DNA of 64,000 nucleotides from Capsulimonadaceae bacterium (GTDB taxonomy: Bacteria > Armatimonadota > Armatimonadia > Armatimonadales > Capsulimonadaceae), in contig OZ244065.1 of NCBI GenBank assembly GCA_965215505.1, positions 5,408,001 to 5,472,000 of the forward strand, written 5' to 3'. The position numbers and the translations under genes were made by a program. Below the pieces are notes generated by a model, which had not been told where the DNA came from, searched no databases, and saw only the letters and a list, made by a program, of their open reading frames with translations. This document shows, piece after piece, positions 27,481 to 37,061 of the stretch. The stretch's first letter is position 1. Each line of letters opens with the position of its first letter.

Positions 27481-28070
27481 TACCGGGAGCGCCGCGCCTC
27501 CGTCACGGTGAGCGCCGATGACAGCCTGCATAGCTCATCGAAGGCGTTATCCAGGTGCGCCCCCAGTGGACGCGATGGGTCGGCAAACCAGCACACGACC
27601 GCATAATGGAAAGCGGCCCATCCAGTTTGCGCTGCCAGGGTCGCTAACCGTTCGTCAACACCACGATGGCTCAGTGCCAGAACCAGGTCCCCAGTCAGAG
27701 CGGCTTCCTTCGCCAACTCGCGCTCTTGGAGTGCGGGGGTATCCGCAATCACTTGCTGCCGGGGGACCGAGAAGGGCCGATTGTCCTCCAACACCTGCTC
27801 GACAGAACAGAAAGCCCAGTACAAGACTTCCAGCGGCTGGAGTGTCTCCGGTGCTTCGGCGATCGCGCCGGTCAACGCCGCCCTCAGCGTGATCTGACCA
27901 TCGAACAGAACCTCGCGCTTGTCGGGGAAGTGTCGGAAAAAGGTCCGCTCCGTGACGCCCGCTCGGGCGGCGATCTCAGACGTGGTGGTCTGCTCATAAC
28001 CGCGTTCGCCGAACAACTCCAGGGCTGCCTGCTGAAGACGTCGGCGTGCTGGTTCTCCGTTTCGGGGCAT
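27480..28070 (-). CDS. TetR family transcriptional regulator
   Basis: ALELFGERGYEQTTTSEIAARAGVTERTFFRHFPDK. Confidence 0.95.
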   Translation of the reverse strand: MPRNGEPARRRLQQAALELFGERGYEQTTTSEIAARAGVTERTFFRHFPDKREVLFDGQITLRAALTGAIAEAPETLQPLEVLYWAFCSVEQVLEDNRPFSVPRQQVIADTPALQERELAKEAALTGDLVLALSHRGVDERLATLAAQTGWAAFHYAVVCWFADPSRPLGAHLDNAFDELCRLSSALTVTEARRSR

Positions 28071-28076
28071 GATCCT

Positions 28077-28162
28077 ATTATATCCTCTAACTTGACATAT
28101 TTAATGTCACCAGGGTATTGACATTTACTGTCGCTATCAACTATAATGTCATAGACTGACAT
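28077..28162. promoter_or_regulatory. Divergent promoters with TetR-type operators
   Basis: Plus strand: TTGACA(28118)-N18-TATAAT(28142). Minus strand: TATAAT at 28077-28082, 6 nt from the tetR ATG (leaderless). Palindromes TGACAT-N5-ATGTCA (28093-28109) and ATGTCA-N5-TGACAT (28146-28162). Confidence 0.8.
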
Positions 28163-28359
28163 AATAATGGTCGCCGGAGAGGCTGATAAGCCCTTTCTAC
28201 TGACCGTCGTCGTGAACAGAAACTACTGATGTTCATGTAAACCGCTAAACTTTTTGTGGCCTCGCTACAGAGTGAAATGGCCGCTAAGGACTTTAGTTCT
28301 TTATCCGAAGATCAGTAATAGAGCGCAAACTACGCCCTACGAGGAGAGGAAATTCAGCC

Positions 28360-29358
28360 ATGTCACAAGACCCAAGTACAAATATAGTAAAGAAGATGAA
28401 GGCGATGATGCTGCCTCAGTTTGGAGGAGGCGATCAGTTTCGCCTGGAAGAGATCGAGCGGCCATCACCGGGACGGGGGGAAGTCCTCGTTCGGATCGCA
28501 GGAACGAGTGTGAACCCTGCGGATGCCAAAGCCCGCGCCGGTGAACTGCCACAGATGTTCCCGGCGGAGCGCCTGCCGTTGCTGCTCGGTTTCGATGCAA
28601 GCGGTCGTATCGAAGAGGTGGGCGCGGGTGTCACGGACTGGCAGCCCGGAGATGCGGTCTATGGCTTTCCTGGAGCAGACCCAGGCACCTCCATGACGTT
28701 TAGCCGGGGCACCTTCGCGGAGTATGTCTGCCTTCGTACAGACGAAGTCGCCGCCGCTCCTAAGTCCATTCCGCTCGCCGATGCGGGGGCGATCCCGCTG
28801 GCAGCGATGACGGCCTGGCATGGTCTGATGACTCAGGGCGAAATGCAGCGCGGCCAACGTGTGTTGATCCAGGGGGGATCAGGAGGGGTCGGCCACTTCG
28901 CCGTCCAGTTCGCGCATCGGCTCGGCGCGACTGTGTACGCGACCGCATCCGGGGGGAACACAGAATTCCTCCGGGAATTAGGTGCAGACGTGGCGATTGA
29001 CTACGGCACGGATCAGCTTGAATGGCTTGAGGGCCAGATGGATCTGGTGTTCGATCTGGTAGGCGGCAAGACCGAGGAGCAATCGTGGGCTGCCTTGAAA
29101 CCGGATGGGATGCTCGTCCTGGCGGCGGGGCTGCCGAACCTCGCCTTCGCACGTTCACCCGGCCAGCGCGCCCGCTTCGCCATGGCACAGCCAACCCCCG
29201 ATGACTTGGGGCGCATCGCGAGAATGCTGGACGATCATCATCTGCGCCTCACCATCTCCGGGCGCTTCGTGTTAGAGCAGGTCGGTGAAGCGCATTCTCG
29301 ATTGGAGTGTGGCGGTTCCAGAGGCAAATTGCTCGTGACCGTTTCTCAGGATGCATGA
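28360..29358 (+). CDS. NADP-dependent oxidoreductase (MDR/quinone reductase family)
   Basis: SVNPAD, GFDASG, GGSGGVGHFAVQ, RGKLLV. Confidence 0.95.
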   Translation: MSQDPSTNIVKKMKAMMLPQFGGGDQFRLEEIERPSPGRGEVLVRIAGTSVNPADAKARAGELPQMFPAERLPLLLGFDASGRIEEVGAGVTDWQPGDAVYGFPGADPGTSMTFSRGTFAEYVCLRTDEVAAAPKSIPLADAGAIPLAAMTAWHGLMTQGEMQRGQRVLIQGGSGGVGHFAVQFAHRLGATVYATASGGNTEFLRELGADVAIDYGTDQLEWLEGQMDLVFDLVGGKTEEQSWAALKPDGMLVLAAGLPNLAFARSPGQRARFAMAQPTPDDLGRIARMLDDHHLRLTISGRFVLEQVGEAHSRLECGGSRGKLLVTVSQDA

Positions 29359-29387
29359 GGAACGCCATGATGTTCCAGGCCGCTCAA

Positions 29388-29545
29388 AAAAGCCCTGCCC
29401 TTAGTAGGGCAGGGCTTCTTGCATTGTGTCGGCCTACAGCGTGAAGGTGCCGTAGAAGGCGCTGTTCTCCCCGCCGCGCGTCCAGGCGTCGCCACCCGTC
29501 CGGGCGGTGACGCTGGCGGCCTGAGTGTAACCGACTCGGCGGTCG
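29388..29545. repeat. 158-bp imperfect direct repeat, copy 2 (includes terminator 29388-29420)
   Basis: Matches 27153-27310. Confidence 0.9.
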
Positions 29546-30084
29546 GTGACGGGGGCCAGGGGCGTGTACCAGACCAGGTTCGGCTGCTTGCAGCACTCGC
29601 GGTTGGGCAGGGCATCCACGGAGAGTGCGGCGATCTGCGGGGCGGAGACGCGGTAGCCGGTGGCAAGGTGCTTGAAGTTGATCGTCGCCGTGCCGCCCGA
29701 CGTGACCGTGCCGAGCGTGGCGGCATAGCGGGCGTTGAGGGCCTCAGCCAGAGCCTTCTGCTGGGCCGGGGTGGCATGGGAGTCAACATAGAGCAGGGTC
29801 GAGCGATGGGCGCTCGTCTCAGCCAGGTTGTTGTCCGCGCGGACGACGGCGACGGCGGAGACGCCGGCCATGGAAACGCCGTGCCAGTCGCCGCCCTTGA
29901 AGTGCCAGGCCAGGACTGCCTCGCGCCCGTCGCTAAGATACTCGCCGTTGTAGTGGCAGGCCCCGGCGAAGACGCTGGCCGTGCGCGCCTCGACGTAATC
30001 GCCGGTCGGGGCCGAAGCTGACGCGCCCAGCGCGGTGCCGAGAACGCCGGTTGAGAGAAGCGCGGTGAAGATGCTCTTGTTCAT
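29434..30084 (-). CDS. Secreted DUF1326-like protein
   Basis: Signal peptide; GDYVEARTASVFAGACHYNGE. Confidence 0.75.
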   Translation of the reverse strand: MNKSIFTALLSTGVLGTALGASASAPTGDYVEARTASVFAGACHYNGEYLSDGREAVLAWHFKGGDWHGVSMAGVSAVAVVRADNNLAETSAHRSTLLYVDSHATPAQQKALAEALNARYAATLGTVTSGGTATINFKHLATGYRVSAPQIAALSVDALPNRECCKQPNLVWYTPLAPVTDRRVGYTQAASVTARTGGDAWTRGGENSAFYGTFTL

Positions 30085-30105
30085 CGGGAACCTCCTACGA
30101 GATGT

Positions 30106-30360
30106 CTACGAGAAGTGTGACTCGTAACACTTGCGGCCCGCGCCGCAGAGTTCGGGGCGGGCCTTGCCGCCGTCGGGGCCGACCACCTGTTGGGTGTGCC
30201 GACACCAAGTGTGGTTGTCCAGGCCGATCATATCGGACGCCTCCAGCGGGATGGAGTCGCGAAAGAAGTACTTCTTGCTCCGCAGATTGCGGCACATCGG
30301 GCTTTCCAGCACGTCCGTTTCCGCGATCACTGCCGTTTCTTCCGGGTTGGCTGTGTTCAT
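30106..30360 (-). CDS. Small Cys-rich protein in the molybdoenzyme operon
   Basis: CRNLRSK...WCRHTQQVVGPDG...C...RKCYE; overlaps the FAD subunit stop. Confidence 0.7.
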   Translation of the reverse strand: MNTANPEETAVIAETDVLESPMCRNLRSKKYFFRDSIPLEASDMIGLDNHTWCRHTQQVVGPDGGKARPELCGAGRKCYESHFS

Positions 30361-31394
30361 GCGACGCCTCCACTTCCGCCGTCAAACGCCTTGCGCGGGC
30401 CGGCGACCAGGGCGGCGGCGGCGCGGCGGACCATCGTCTGCGTCAAAGGCACTTTGTACCCGTTCTGCGCCAGCGGTTTGGCCCCCTCGGTGGCGGCGAG
30501 GGCGGCAACTCGGATCGTCGCGTCATTCAGCGGCTTACCAACCAAGGCGGCTTCGGCGGCCCGCGCGTGCCATGGGATCGGGGCGACCCCGCCCAGCACG
30601 ACACGCGCCGACTTCACGATGTTTCCGTCCGTCTCCAACGCCAGGGCGACCGAGGAGAGCGCCCAGTCGAGCGAGTTCTTCTCGCGGAATTTTAGGTAGG
30701 TACTCCGCGTCGCCATCGCCGAAGCCGGCACGAAAACCGATGTCACCAGCTCGCCTGGCTTCAGCACGTTCTCGTGCGTTACGTCCGCCTCGCTCGGCAG
30801 CGTGAAGAACTCGGCCAGCGGGAGCTGCCGCGACTTGCCGCCCGGCCCGGTGATGGTCAGCACGGCGTTCAGGCACAGGAGGGCAGGGGCCAGGTCGGAC
30901 GGATGAACGATGTAAGACGGCCCGCCGCCTAGGATGGCGTTGTACTTGTTTTCCGCGCTGTCGGGCGCGGCGTAGCACTTGGTCCCGCCTTTTTTCAGGC
31001 AGACGATGCGCTCGTTACGGTAGTACCAACACCGGGGCCGCTGGCAGAGGTTCCCGCCGACCGTCCCGACGTTGCGGATCTGGATCGTGGCGATGGACCC
31101 GGCGGCTTCCGCCAGGACGGGGTACGAGGCGAGGATGACCGGATGCTCTTCCACCTCGGTGATCGTGACCAGTGCCCCCAGATGAAGGCCCTTGCCGTCA
31201 ACAGTGATCTTGTCCAGATTCGGGATGCGCTTCAGGTCCACGACGGTGGCCGGGGTCAGGATGTAGTCCTTCATCGTGCCCAGGAGGTCCTGCCCGCCGC
31301 CCATCGGGCGGATGGAGTCGAGGCCGCCGCCTCCGGCGAGCAGCCGGGTCGCTTCCTGAACGGTGGCCGGGTGAATTAGGTCGAATGCTTTCAT
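30357..31394 (-). CDS. Xanthine dehydrogenase family FAD subunit (PaoB/YagS-like, with 4Fe-4S insert)
   Basis: GGGQDL, QIRNVGTVGGNLCQRPRCWYYR...CLKKGGTKC, HPSDLAPAL. Confidence 0.95.
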   Translation of the reverse strand: MKAFDLIHPATVQEATRLLAGGGGLDSIRPMGGGQDLLGTMKDYILTPATVVDLKRIPNLDKITVDGKGLHLGALVTITEVEEHPVILASYPVLAEAAGSIATIQIRNVGTVGGNLCQRPRCWYYRNERIVCLKKGGTKCYAAPDSAENKYNAILGGGPSYIVHPSDLAPALLCLNAVLTITGPGGKSRQLPLAEFFTLPSEADVTHENVLKPGELVTSVFVPASAMATRSTYLKFREKNSLDWALSSVALALETDGNIVKSARVVLGGVAPIPWHARAAEAALVGKPLNDATIRVAALAATEGAKPLAQNGYKVPLTQTMVRRAAAALVAGPRKAFDGGSGGVA

Positions 31395-33595
31395 GCGGCC
31401 CCCTTCTGTTGCAGTGCGATCAGGCCGTTCAGCACCTTGTCCGGGGTGATCGGCAGGGTGCGGATGCGGACGCCGCAGGCGTTGTAAATGGCGTTCGCCA
31501 GTGCGCCCGCCGTGGGGATCGTCCCCGGCTCGGCCATGCCGATGACGCCGCGCGGGTCGTCCTCGATGATGGAGGTGAACTCGGGCATTTCCAGTGCGCC
31601 GGGCAGCTTGTACTCTTCAAAGTTCGCGTTGAGCATCAGGCCGGTTTCGCGGTCCGTCACCTTGCCCTCGTACAGCCCGTAGCCCATGGCCTGGATCAAG
31701 CCGCCGTTGAGCTGGCTCTCAATGGCCAGGCGGTTCAGAGGCAGGCCGCAGTCCTGGACGCCGATGAGCCGCAACACCTGCACCTTGCCGGTTTCGGTAT
31801 CCACTTCCACCTCGGCCAGATGGACGCCGTGCGCGCCCTCGGAGGACAGGCCCGGCTTCCACTCGCCCTCGGCGGTGACTCCCTGCGTCCCTAGGGCGGC
31901 GCAGGCCTGTTTCCAGGAGACGGTCTTGCCGCCTGTCGCGATGATGTTCCCCTCATGTGCGGTCAGGTCTTCCGGCTTCGCGCCGAGGGCGGGCGCGATG
32001 CGGGCGAACATCGCCACGCGGGCATTATACGCGGCGATCTTGACGGCGGGCGCGAGCGACGGGGTCGTCGTGCTGCCGCCCGAAGCGTTGGCGCTGCCCA
32101 GGCGCGAGTCGCCGATGTGTGGCCGGACGGCGGCGATGGGCAGGCCCAACTCCTCGGCGACGATTGCCGCCGTGTAGGTGCGCGTCCCTGTCCCCAAGTC
32201 CTGTGTCCCGGACAGGACATCCACGCCCCCATCGGAGGCGATCTTGACCGTCACCTTGCAGGCGGGGCCGCCCCCTCCCCCCCATTCGGCCAGGCCCAGG
32301 CCCATGCCGCGCTTCTTGATGCCTGTTTGTCCCAGGCCGGGCTGCTTGTTGCGGCCCGTCGCCCAGCCCGCCTCTTTGGCGGCAAGGTCCATCTGCCGGC
32401 CCCAGGCGGGGTCGGGGATGTTCTGCTTGCGGACATCAATCGGGTCCATGTCCAGCTTGTAGGCGATGTCGTCCATCAGGGACTCCATCGGGAACGAGGC
32501 CTGCGGGCTGCCCGGCCCACGGAAGGCACGGGAACTGTCAATGTTGGTGTGGACCGAGTCCATCGAGCGGTAGACGTGCTGTACGCGGTAGATGTAGGGC
32601 AGGCCGCGCTGTGTGCCTTCCCCTAGGCCGCCCAGTCGGTGCTGCTCGGCGCTGATCGCGAGCAGCTTGCCGTCCTTCGTCGCGCCGAGCTTGGCGCGGA
32701 CCAGGCTCGCACTGCGGTTGCCAGCCATCAGGAACTCGTCTTCGCGCGTCAGCAGCAGGTGTACAGGCCGCTTGGCCTTCAAGGCCAGTTTACAGGCGAC
32801 CGATCCGGGCAGGTCCAGGCCGAATTTGGACCCGAAGCCGCCGCCCATGTGATGCACGATGGAGACGACGTTGGCCTCGGGGATGCCAAGCTCCTGGGCG
32901 GCGTCGCCGGGGATGCCGTGCGTCCCCTGCGTGGAGGCGTAGACCGTGGCCGAGTCGCCGCCGTTGTAGTCCACGACGACGCCGTGCGTTTCAAGGCAGC
33001 TATGGTGCTGGAAGGCGGTACGGAACTCGCCCTCGACGACGGCGGCGCACTGAGAAAACAGGGCCTCGACGGCGGCCTTGTCGCCGCGCGTCTGGGCGGG
33101 CTGGACGTTGGAGGTGTCCTGATGCACCCGAGGCGAGGCGTCCGTCATCGCGTAATCCGCGTCCACGACATGGGGCAGCGGCTCGTAAACGACTTTAATC
33201 GCCCGGATGGCGTCTTCGGCAAGCTCCGGGGTCCGGGCGGCGACGGCGGCCACCGGGTCGCCTTGATAGCGCAGAGTCTTGTCGGGGTAGGTGATGACGG
33301 CGGCGACGCCCGGCATCTTCTCCACCGCACTCGCGTCAAGACTCGTGATCTTGGCCGCCGCGTAGGGGGAGGCAAGGATGCGCCCGTAGACCATGCCGGG
33401 CAGGCGGATATCGTGCGAATACTTGGCTGCCCCCGTCACCTTGTCCGGCCCGTCCAGGCGGGGGATGTGGTGGTTCAGGAGCCGCATCTGCGACCGGTCG
33501 CCCCAGTCGGGACCGGCAGAGTCGTCCACCTCGATTTCGACCATGGTTTCCAGGCCGTTGACAACTTTGGGGACTTTGATCTTGCGTTTCGCCAT
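31391..33595 (-). CDS. Xanthine dehydrogenase family molybdopterin-binding subunit (PaoC/YagR-like)
   Basis: KVTGAAKY, GGGFGSK, AFRGPG, QDLGTG, SGGS, GMAEP. Confidence 0.95.
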   Translation of the reverse strand: MAKRKIKVPKVVNGLETMVEIEVDDSAGPDWGDRSQMRLLNHHIPRLDGPDKVTGAAKYSHDIRLPGMVYGRILASPYAAAKITSLDASAVEKMPGVAAVITYPDKTLRYQGDPVAAVAARTPELAEDAIRAIKVVYEPLPHVVDADYAMTDASPRVHQDTSNVQPAQTRGDKAAVEALFSQCAAVVEGEFRTAFQHHSCLETHGVVVDYNGGDSATVYASTQGTHGIPGDAAQELGIPEANVVSIVHHMGGGFGSKFGLDLPGSVACKLALKAKRPVHLLLTREDEFLMAGNRSASLVRAKLGATKDGKLLAISAEQHRLGGLGEGTQRGLPYIYRVQHVYRSMDSVHTNIDSSRAFRGPGSPQASFPMESLMDDIAYKLDMDPIDVRKQNIPDPAWGRQMDLAAKEAGWATGRNKQPGLGQTGIKKRGMGLGLAEWGGGGGPACKVTVKIASDGGVDVLSGTQDLGTGTRTYTAAIVAEELGLPIAAVRPHIGDSRLGSANASGGSTTTPSLAPAVKIAAYNARVAMFARIAPALGAKPEDLTAHEGNIIATGGKTVSWKQACAALGTQGVTAEGEWKPGLSSEGAHGVHLAEVEVDTETGKVQVLRLIGVQDCGLPLNRLAIESQLNGGLIQAMGYGLYEGKVTDRETGLMLNANFEEYKLPGALEMPEFTSIIEDDPRGVIGMAEPGTIPTAGALANAIYNACGVRIRTLPITPDKVLNGLIALQQKGAA

Positions 33596-33600
33596 GGGTG

Positions 33601-34299
33601 TCAGGCTTCCTTCCCGGCGCGCATCTTCTGGGCGGCGGCCAGCGCGGCTTCGAAGACTTTTGGGTATGTCCCGCAGCGGCAGGTGTTGCCGGCGCAGGCG
33701 TGCTTGATTTCGGCTAGGGTGGCGCGCGGGTTTTTATCGAGGCAATTACGCACGGACATGACGAAGCCGGGCGTACAGAACCCGCACATCAGGGCGTCAT
33801 GCTCGACAAACGCGGCCTGGACCGGGTGCAGGTGGTCTTCATCGGGGGACACGCCTTCAACGGTGGTGATCTTCTTGCCCACGGAGTCCGCCGCCAGGGT
33901 CATGCACGAGTAGACGGTCTTGCCGTCCATCTCGACGGTGCAGGCCCCGCAGGCCCCCCGGTCGCAGACGATCTTCGGGCCGGTGACCGGCGGCTCCAGA
34001 TGGTTCCGCAGGGCGTTCAGGAGGGTGGTGCGCGGCTCCATCAGGGCGGTGCGCTTCGCGCCGTTGACGTTCAGTGTCAGCCGGATCGTCCCCCGCTGCA
34101 CGGCCGAGCGGCTGTCGTCGCGGACGGCTTCGGTGGCGGCCTCCCCGCGTTCCGTCAACCCTGGCAGGGCCGGCGCGAGTGCGGCGGCGACGGAGGCCGC
34201 GCCCGCCCCGCGCAGGAACTGGCGGCGGCTCAGGGGCGGCGGCTCGGGCCGCATCTCTTCCCGCGCTTCTTCTGCGTGTTCCTCTTCCGATTCCGGCAT
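33601..34299 (-). CDS. 2Fe-2S subunit with Tat signal (PaoA/YagT-like)
   Basis: SRRQFL, CDRGACGACTV, CGFCTPG, CRCGTY. Confidence 0.95.
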   Translation of the reverse strand: MPESEEEHAEEAREEMRPEPPPLSRRQFLRGAGAASVAAALAPALPGLTERGEAATEAVRDDSRSAVQRGTIRLTLNVNGAKRTALMEPRTTLLNALRNHLEPPVTGPKIVCDRGACGACTVEMDGKTVYSCMTLAADSVGKKITTVEGVSPDEDHLHPVQAAFVEHDALMCGFCTPGFVMSVRNCLDKNPRATLAEIKHACAGNTCRCGTYPKVFEAALAAAQKMRAGKEA

Positions 34300-34347
34300 G
34301 GGATGGTTCCTTACTCTGGAGGGCGATTCGGGCGAACTGTGGGCTAT

Positions 34348-34377
34348 ATTATACTGCTTACACGCCTTTCGTGTCAA
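34348..34377 (-). promoter_or_regulatory. Consensus sigma70 promoter of the molybdoenzyme operon
   Basis: Minus strand TTGACA-N18-TATAAT. Confidence 0.7.
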
Positions 34378-35115
34378 CCTCGCGCATCCCCTCCCACTCG
34401 CGCCAGATGTCGGTCATGCACTCCCAGTGCAGGCTGTCATGGTCCACATGGCTGAGGCGGAAGAAGACCATGGTGCGCGTGTATGGGGAGACGTTCGGCC
34501 CGACCCCATGTGCCACCTGGTAATGCACCAGGACGATGTCGCCTGCCTTGCCCGTGACCGGCTCCGGGGCGGGCAACTCGACCGGCGGCATCCCCTGGAG
34601 GAGCGACTGCGGGCCGTGTTCCTTGAAGTATTCCTCGTACAGACGGTGGGTACCGGGCCAGACGTGCAGGTTGCCCATCAGCGGCGCGGGTACGTCGCTC
34701 AACATCACGCCGAGCAGCATCGTGAAGTTACCGATGGTGCCTTCCTTGACGCCGTTGGTCGGCGAGTACATGCCGTCTAGGTGAGGCCGCGCCGACCCCG
34801 GCTCGTCCAGGGACGGGAACCGGAGCGCGATCTGCCCGCCCCCGGCGGCTTGATCCGCCCCGCCCCGATGACCGACTCGACCAGATCCCAGGCCGGAGTC
34901 TTCTTCAGGAGGTCGGTGATCGGCGGCGTGTTCTGGATCTCGGGGCAGTACGACTGCGCCCGGAAGCGGGGCATGTCGGCGACGTTCATGCCCTGCCCGA
35001 CCGCGTGGTTGATGGCCCGCAGGGCCGCCTCGACCATCAGGGGCGGCACGACGCCCGGCACCTGCACATAGCCGTTGTCCCGCAGTTCCTGTTTCTGTCT
35101 TGCGTTCAGTTCCAT
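34358..35115 (-). pseudogene. Phytanoyl-CoA dioxygenase (PhyH)-family Fe/2OG enzyme, frameshifted
   Basis: Two ORFs join if one G is added to the G5 run at 34839-34843, giving KPPGGGQIALRFP...RPHLDG...GNLHVWPGTH...AGDIVLVHYQVAHG. Confidence 0.8.
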
Positions 35116-35130
35116 CTTATCCCTCCCCCG

Positions 35131-35454
35131 CTATGCCTTCCCCGATTTGAGTTCGATGACGAAGTTGCGGTACGGTTTCGTGCCGACGTTGGTGAGGCGC
35201 TGATGGACCGTCCCGCCGTTCGCCTCGATGAAGACGACCTGGTCGTCCTCGTAATCGAACTCGGGGGCGGCGTCCGGGTCGTCGGGGTCAACCATCTTCA
35301 TGTGGCCGCCGTTGACGACGATGAAGAAAAAGTCCTCACGGTGGATGTGCCGCTCCAGCCACTCGCCGGGGGCCAATGCCAGGTCCCAGACCCGGACGCG
35401 GTCGTTCTCGAACATCAGGTGGGTGCCGACGTTCTCGGTCGGTTCAAAGCTCAT
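35131..35454 (-). CDS. Cupin domain protein
   Basis: VGTHLMFENDRVRVWDLALAPGE...HIH...VHQRLTNVG...IELK. Confidence 0.85.
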   Translation of the reverse strand: MSFEPTENVGTHLMFENDRVRVWDLALAPGEWLERHIHREDFFFIVVNGGHMKMVDPDDPDAAPEFDYEDDQVVFIEANGGTVHQRLTNVGTKPYRNFVIELKSGKA

Positions 35455-35561
35455 GGTGTCGCCTCTCGCTTGCGCTGTTGGTCTAGGACATTTATACCCG
35501 GCGTTAATGCGCCGCACGCCCAAGTCGGAACTTTCCGGGCCGCCCGATTGTCTAATATAGC

Positions 35562-36260
35562 ATGATGACACACTTGAATCTAAGAAAATTCCTTGGGCGG
35601 CTGTGCGTCCCCGCCCTGCTCGCCCTCGCCGTCTGGGCCGTGATGCTCACCGGCTGCGCGACCCAGCCCGCGTACTCGGACAGCGGCGAGGTGACTCAGG
35701 GGCCGATCCAGCCGGTGAAGACGCCCCCAGGCCGCGAAGTCGCGACCTTCGCCGGCGGCTGCTTCTGGGCCAGGGACGCCATGTTCCGGCACCTCAAAGG
35801 CGTGGACACCGTCGTCTCGGGCTTCTCGGGAGGCCACACCGCACACCCCTCCTATGAAGAGGTCTGCACCGGGACCACGGGGCACGCCGAGACCGTTCAG
35901 ATCACCTTCGACCCCAAGGTGATCTCGTACCATGACCTACTGGACATCTTCTTCCACACGCACGACCCGACCACCTTGAACCGGCAGGCACCGGACGAGG
36001 GGACGCAGTACCGCTCCGCCGTGTTCTACCACAGCGCCCAGCAGAAGGCGATGACCGAGCAGGTCATCCACGACATCACCAAGGATGGCCTGTACTCCAA
36101 CCCGATCGTCACACAGGTGGTGCCGTACACGGGCTTCTGGCCCGCCGAGGCTTACCATCAGAACTATTTCGCCTTGAATCCTGATAACGGCTACTGCGCC
36201 AACGTCGTCGCGCCGGAAGTGGCGCACTTCCGCAAGCTGTACCATGCGCGCCTGAAATAG
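35562..36260 (+). CDS. msrA: Peptide-methionine (S)-S-oxide reductase, lipoprotein
   Basis: LTGC lipobox, AGGCFW, YEEVCTGTTGHAE, HDPTTLNRQ, AEAYHQNY. Confidence 0.95.
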   Translation: MMTHLNLRKFLGRLCVPALLALAVWAVMLTGCATQPAYSDSGEVTQGPIQPVKTPPGREVATFAGGCFWARDAMFRHLKGVDTVVSGFSGGHTAHPSYEEVCTGTTGHAETVQITFDPKVISYHDLLDIFFHTHDPTTLNRQAPDEGTQYRSAVFYHSAQQKAMTEQVIHDITKDGLYSNPIVTQVVPYTGFWPAEAYHQNYFALNPDNGYCANVVAPEVAHFRKLYHARLK

Positions 36261-36283
36261 TCCTACCGAGCCTGCATGGAATC

Positions 36284-36311
36284 GGGGCCGCCGGCAGATG
36301 CCGGCGGCCCC
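36284..36311. terminator. Hairpin between convergent genes
   Basis: GGGGCCGCCGGC-AGAT-GCCGGCGGCCCC. Confidence 0.65.
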
Positions 36312-36317
36312 TTCGCT

Positions 36318-36869
36318 TTAGTGGACGGCGACCGTGAGTGGACCCGCCGCTGGGGTCGCCGAGGAGTCCGCACCCCGGAGTGCCGCCGATGCGCTGTAGA
36401 CGCCGGTTCGGGTGAGCGTGTAGGCTTCCGTCGCGGAAAGCGACTGGCCCGGCTGGAGCGTGACGGTGACCGGGAGCGGCGGTGCGATCGGCGGGTAGCC
36501 CGACACCGTGCCGTCGTGTGCGATCAGGCTCCCGCCGGGGTCCTGGACGTGAAAACTGCCGCTGTCGTAGGGGATCAGCAGCATGCCCAGGGTGACCGGC
36601 CCGCCGCCGTGATAGCCCTGATAGGTGTCGGTGATCGGGGCCGCCGTCGGGTTGGTCAGGGTGATCCGGTACGTCACCGTGCCGCCCGCCTTGAGGCTCG
36701 TCTTGTCCTGCGACAGCCCGAGCGTCAGGTGGTCCGCCAGCGTCGCGGACGCCTGCGCCCCGGTCTGGACGCTCGGACCCCCGCCCCCGCCGCAGCCCGC
36801 CGCGAGAGCCAGGGCGCAGGCGAGGATGCCCGCCCCGCCGTGGACTGTCCGCCGCCGGTGCTTTGTCAT
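36318..36869 (-). CDS. Hypothetical lipoprotein (Ig-like fold likely)
   Basis: AAGC lipobox, AGGAGG RBS, VTYRITLTNP. Confidence 0.75.
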   Translation of the reverse strand: MTKHRRRTVHGGAGILACALALAAGCGGGGGPSVQTGAQASATLADHLTLGLSQDKTSLKAGGTVTYRITLTNPTAAPITDTYQGYHGGGPVTLGMLLIPYDSGSFHVQDPGGSLIAHDGTVSGYPPIAPPLPVTVTLQPGQSLSATEAYTLTRTGVYSASAALRGADSSATPAAGPLTVAVH

Positions 36870-36980
36870 GGCTTGCCTCCTTCGCGGCCCGCTTTGCGCC
36901 TCCTTGCCTGGCCGCCCTTGCTTCCTTCTCCACCGTCCGCCGCGTTTCCTCCTCACCCGGCGTCACTTTCCCGGCCAGTG

Positions 36981-37009
36981 TAGACACAAGCGCCCGCGTC
37001 TGGTACAAT
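36981..37009 (+). promoter_or_regulatory. Sigma70-type promoter
   Basis: TAGACA-N17-TACAAT with extended TG. Confidence 0.6.
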
Positions 37010-37061
37010 TGAGTGTCACCAAGCCGCGACCTTTCCCTGCGCCTCACCCGTTGCCCCGCCC

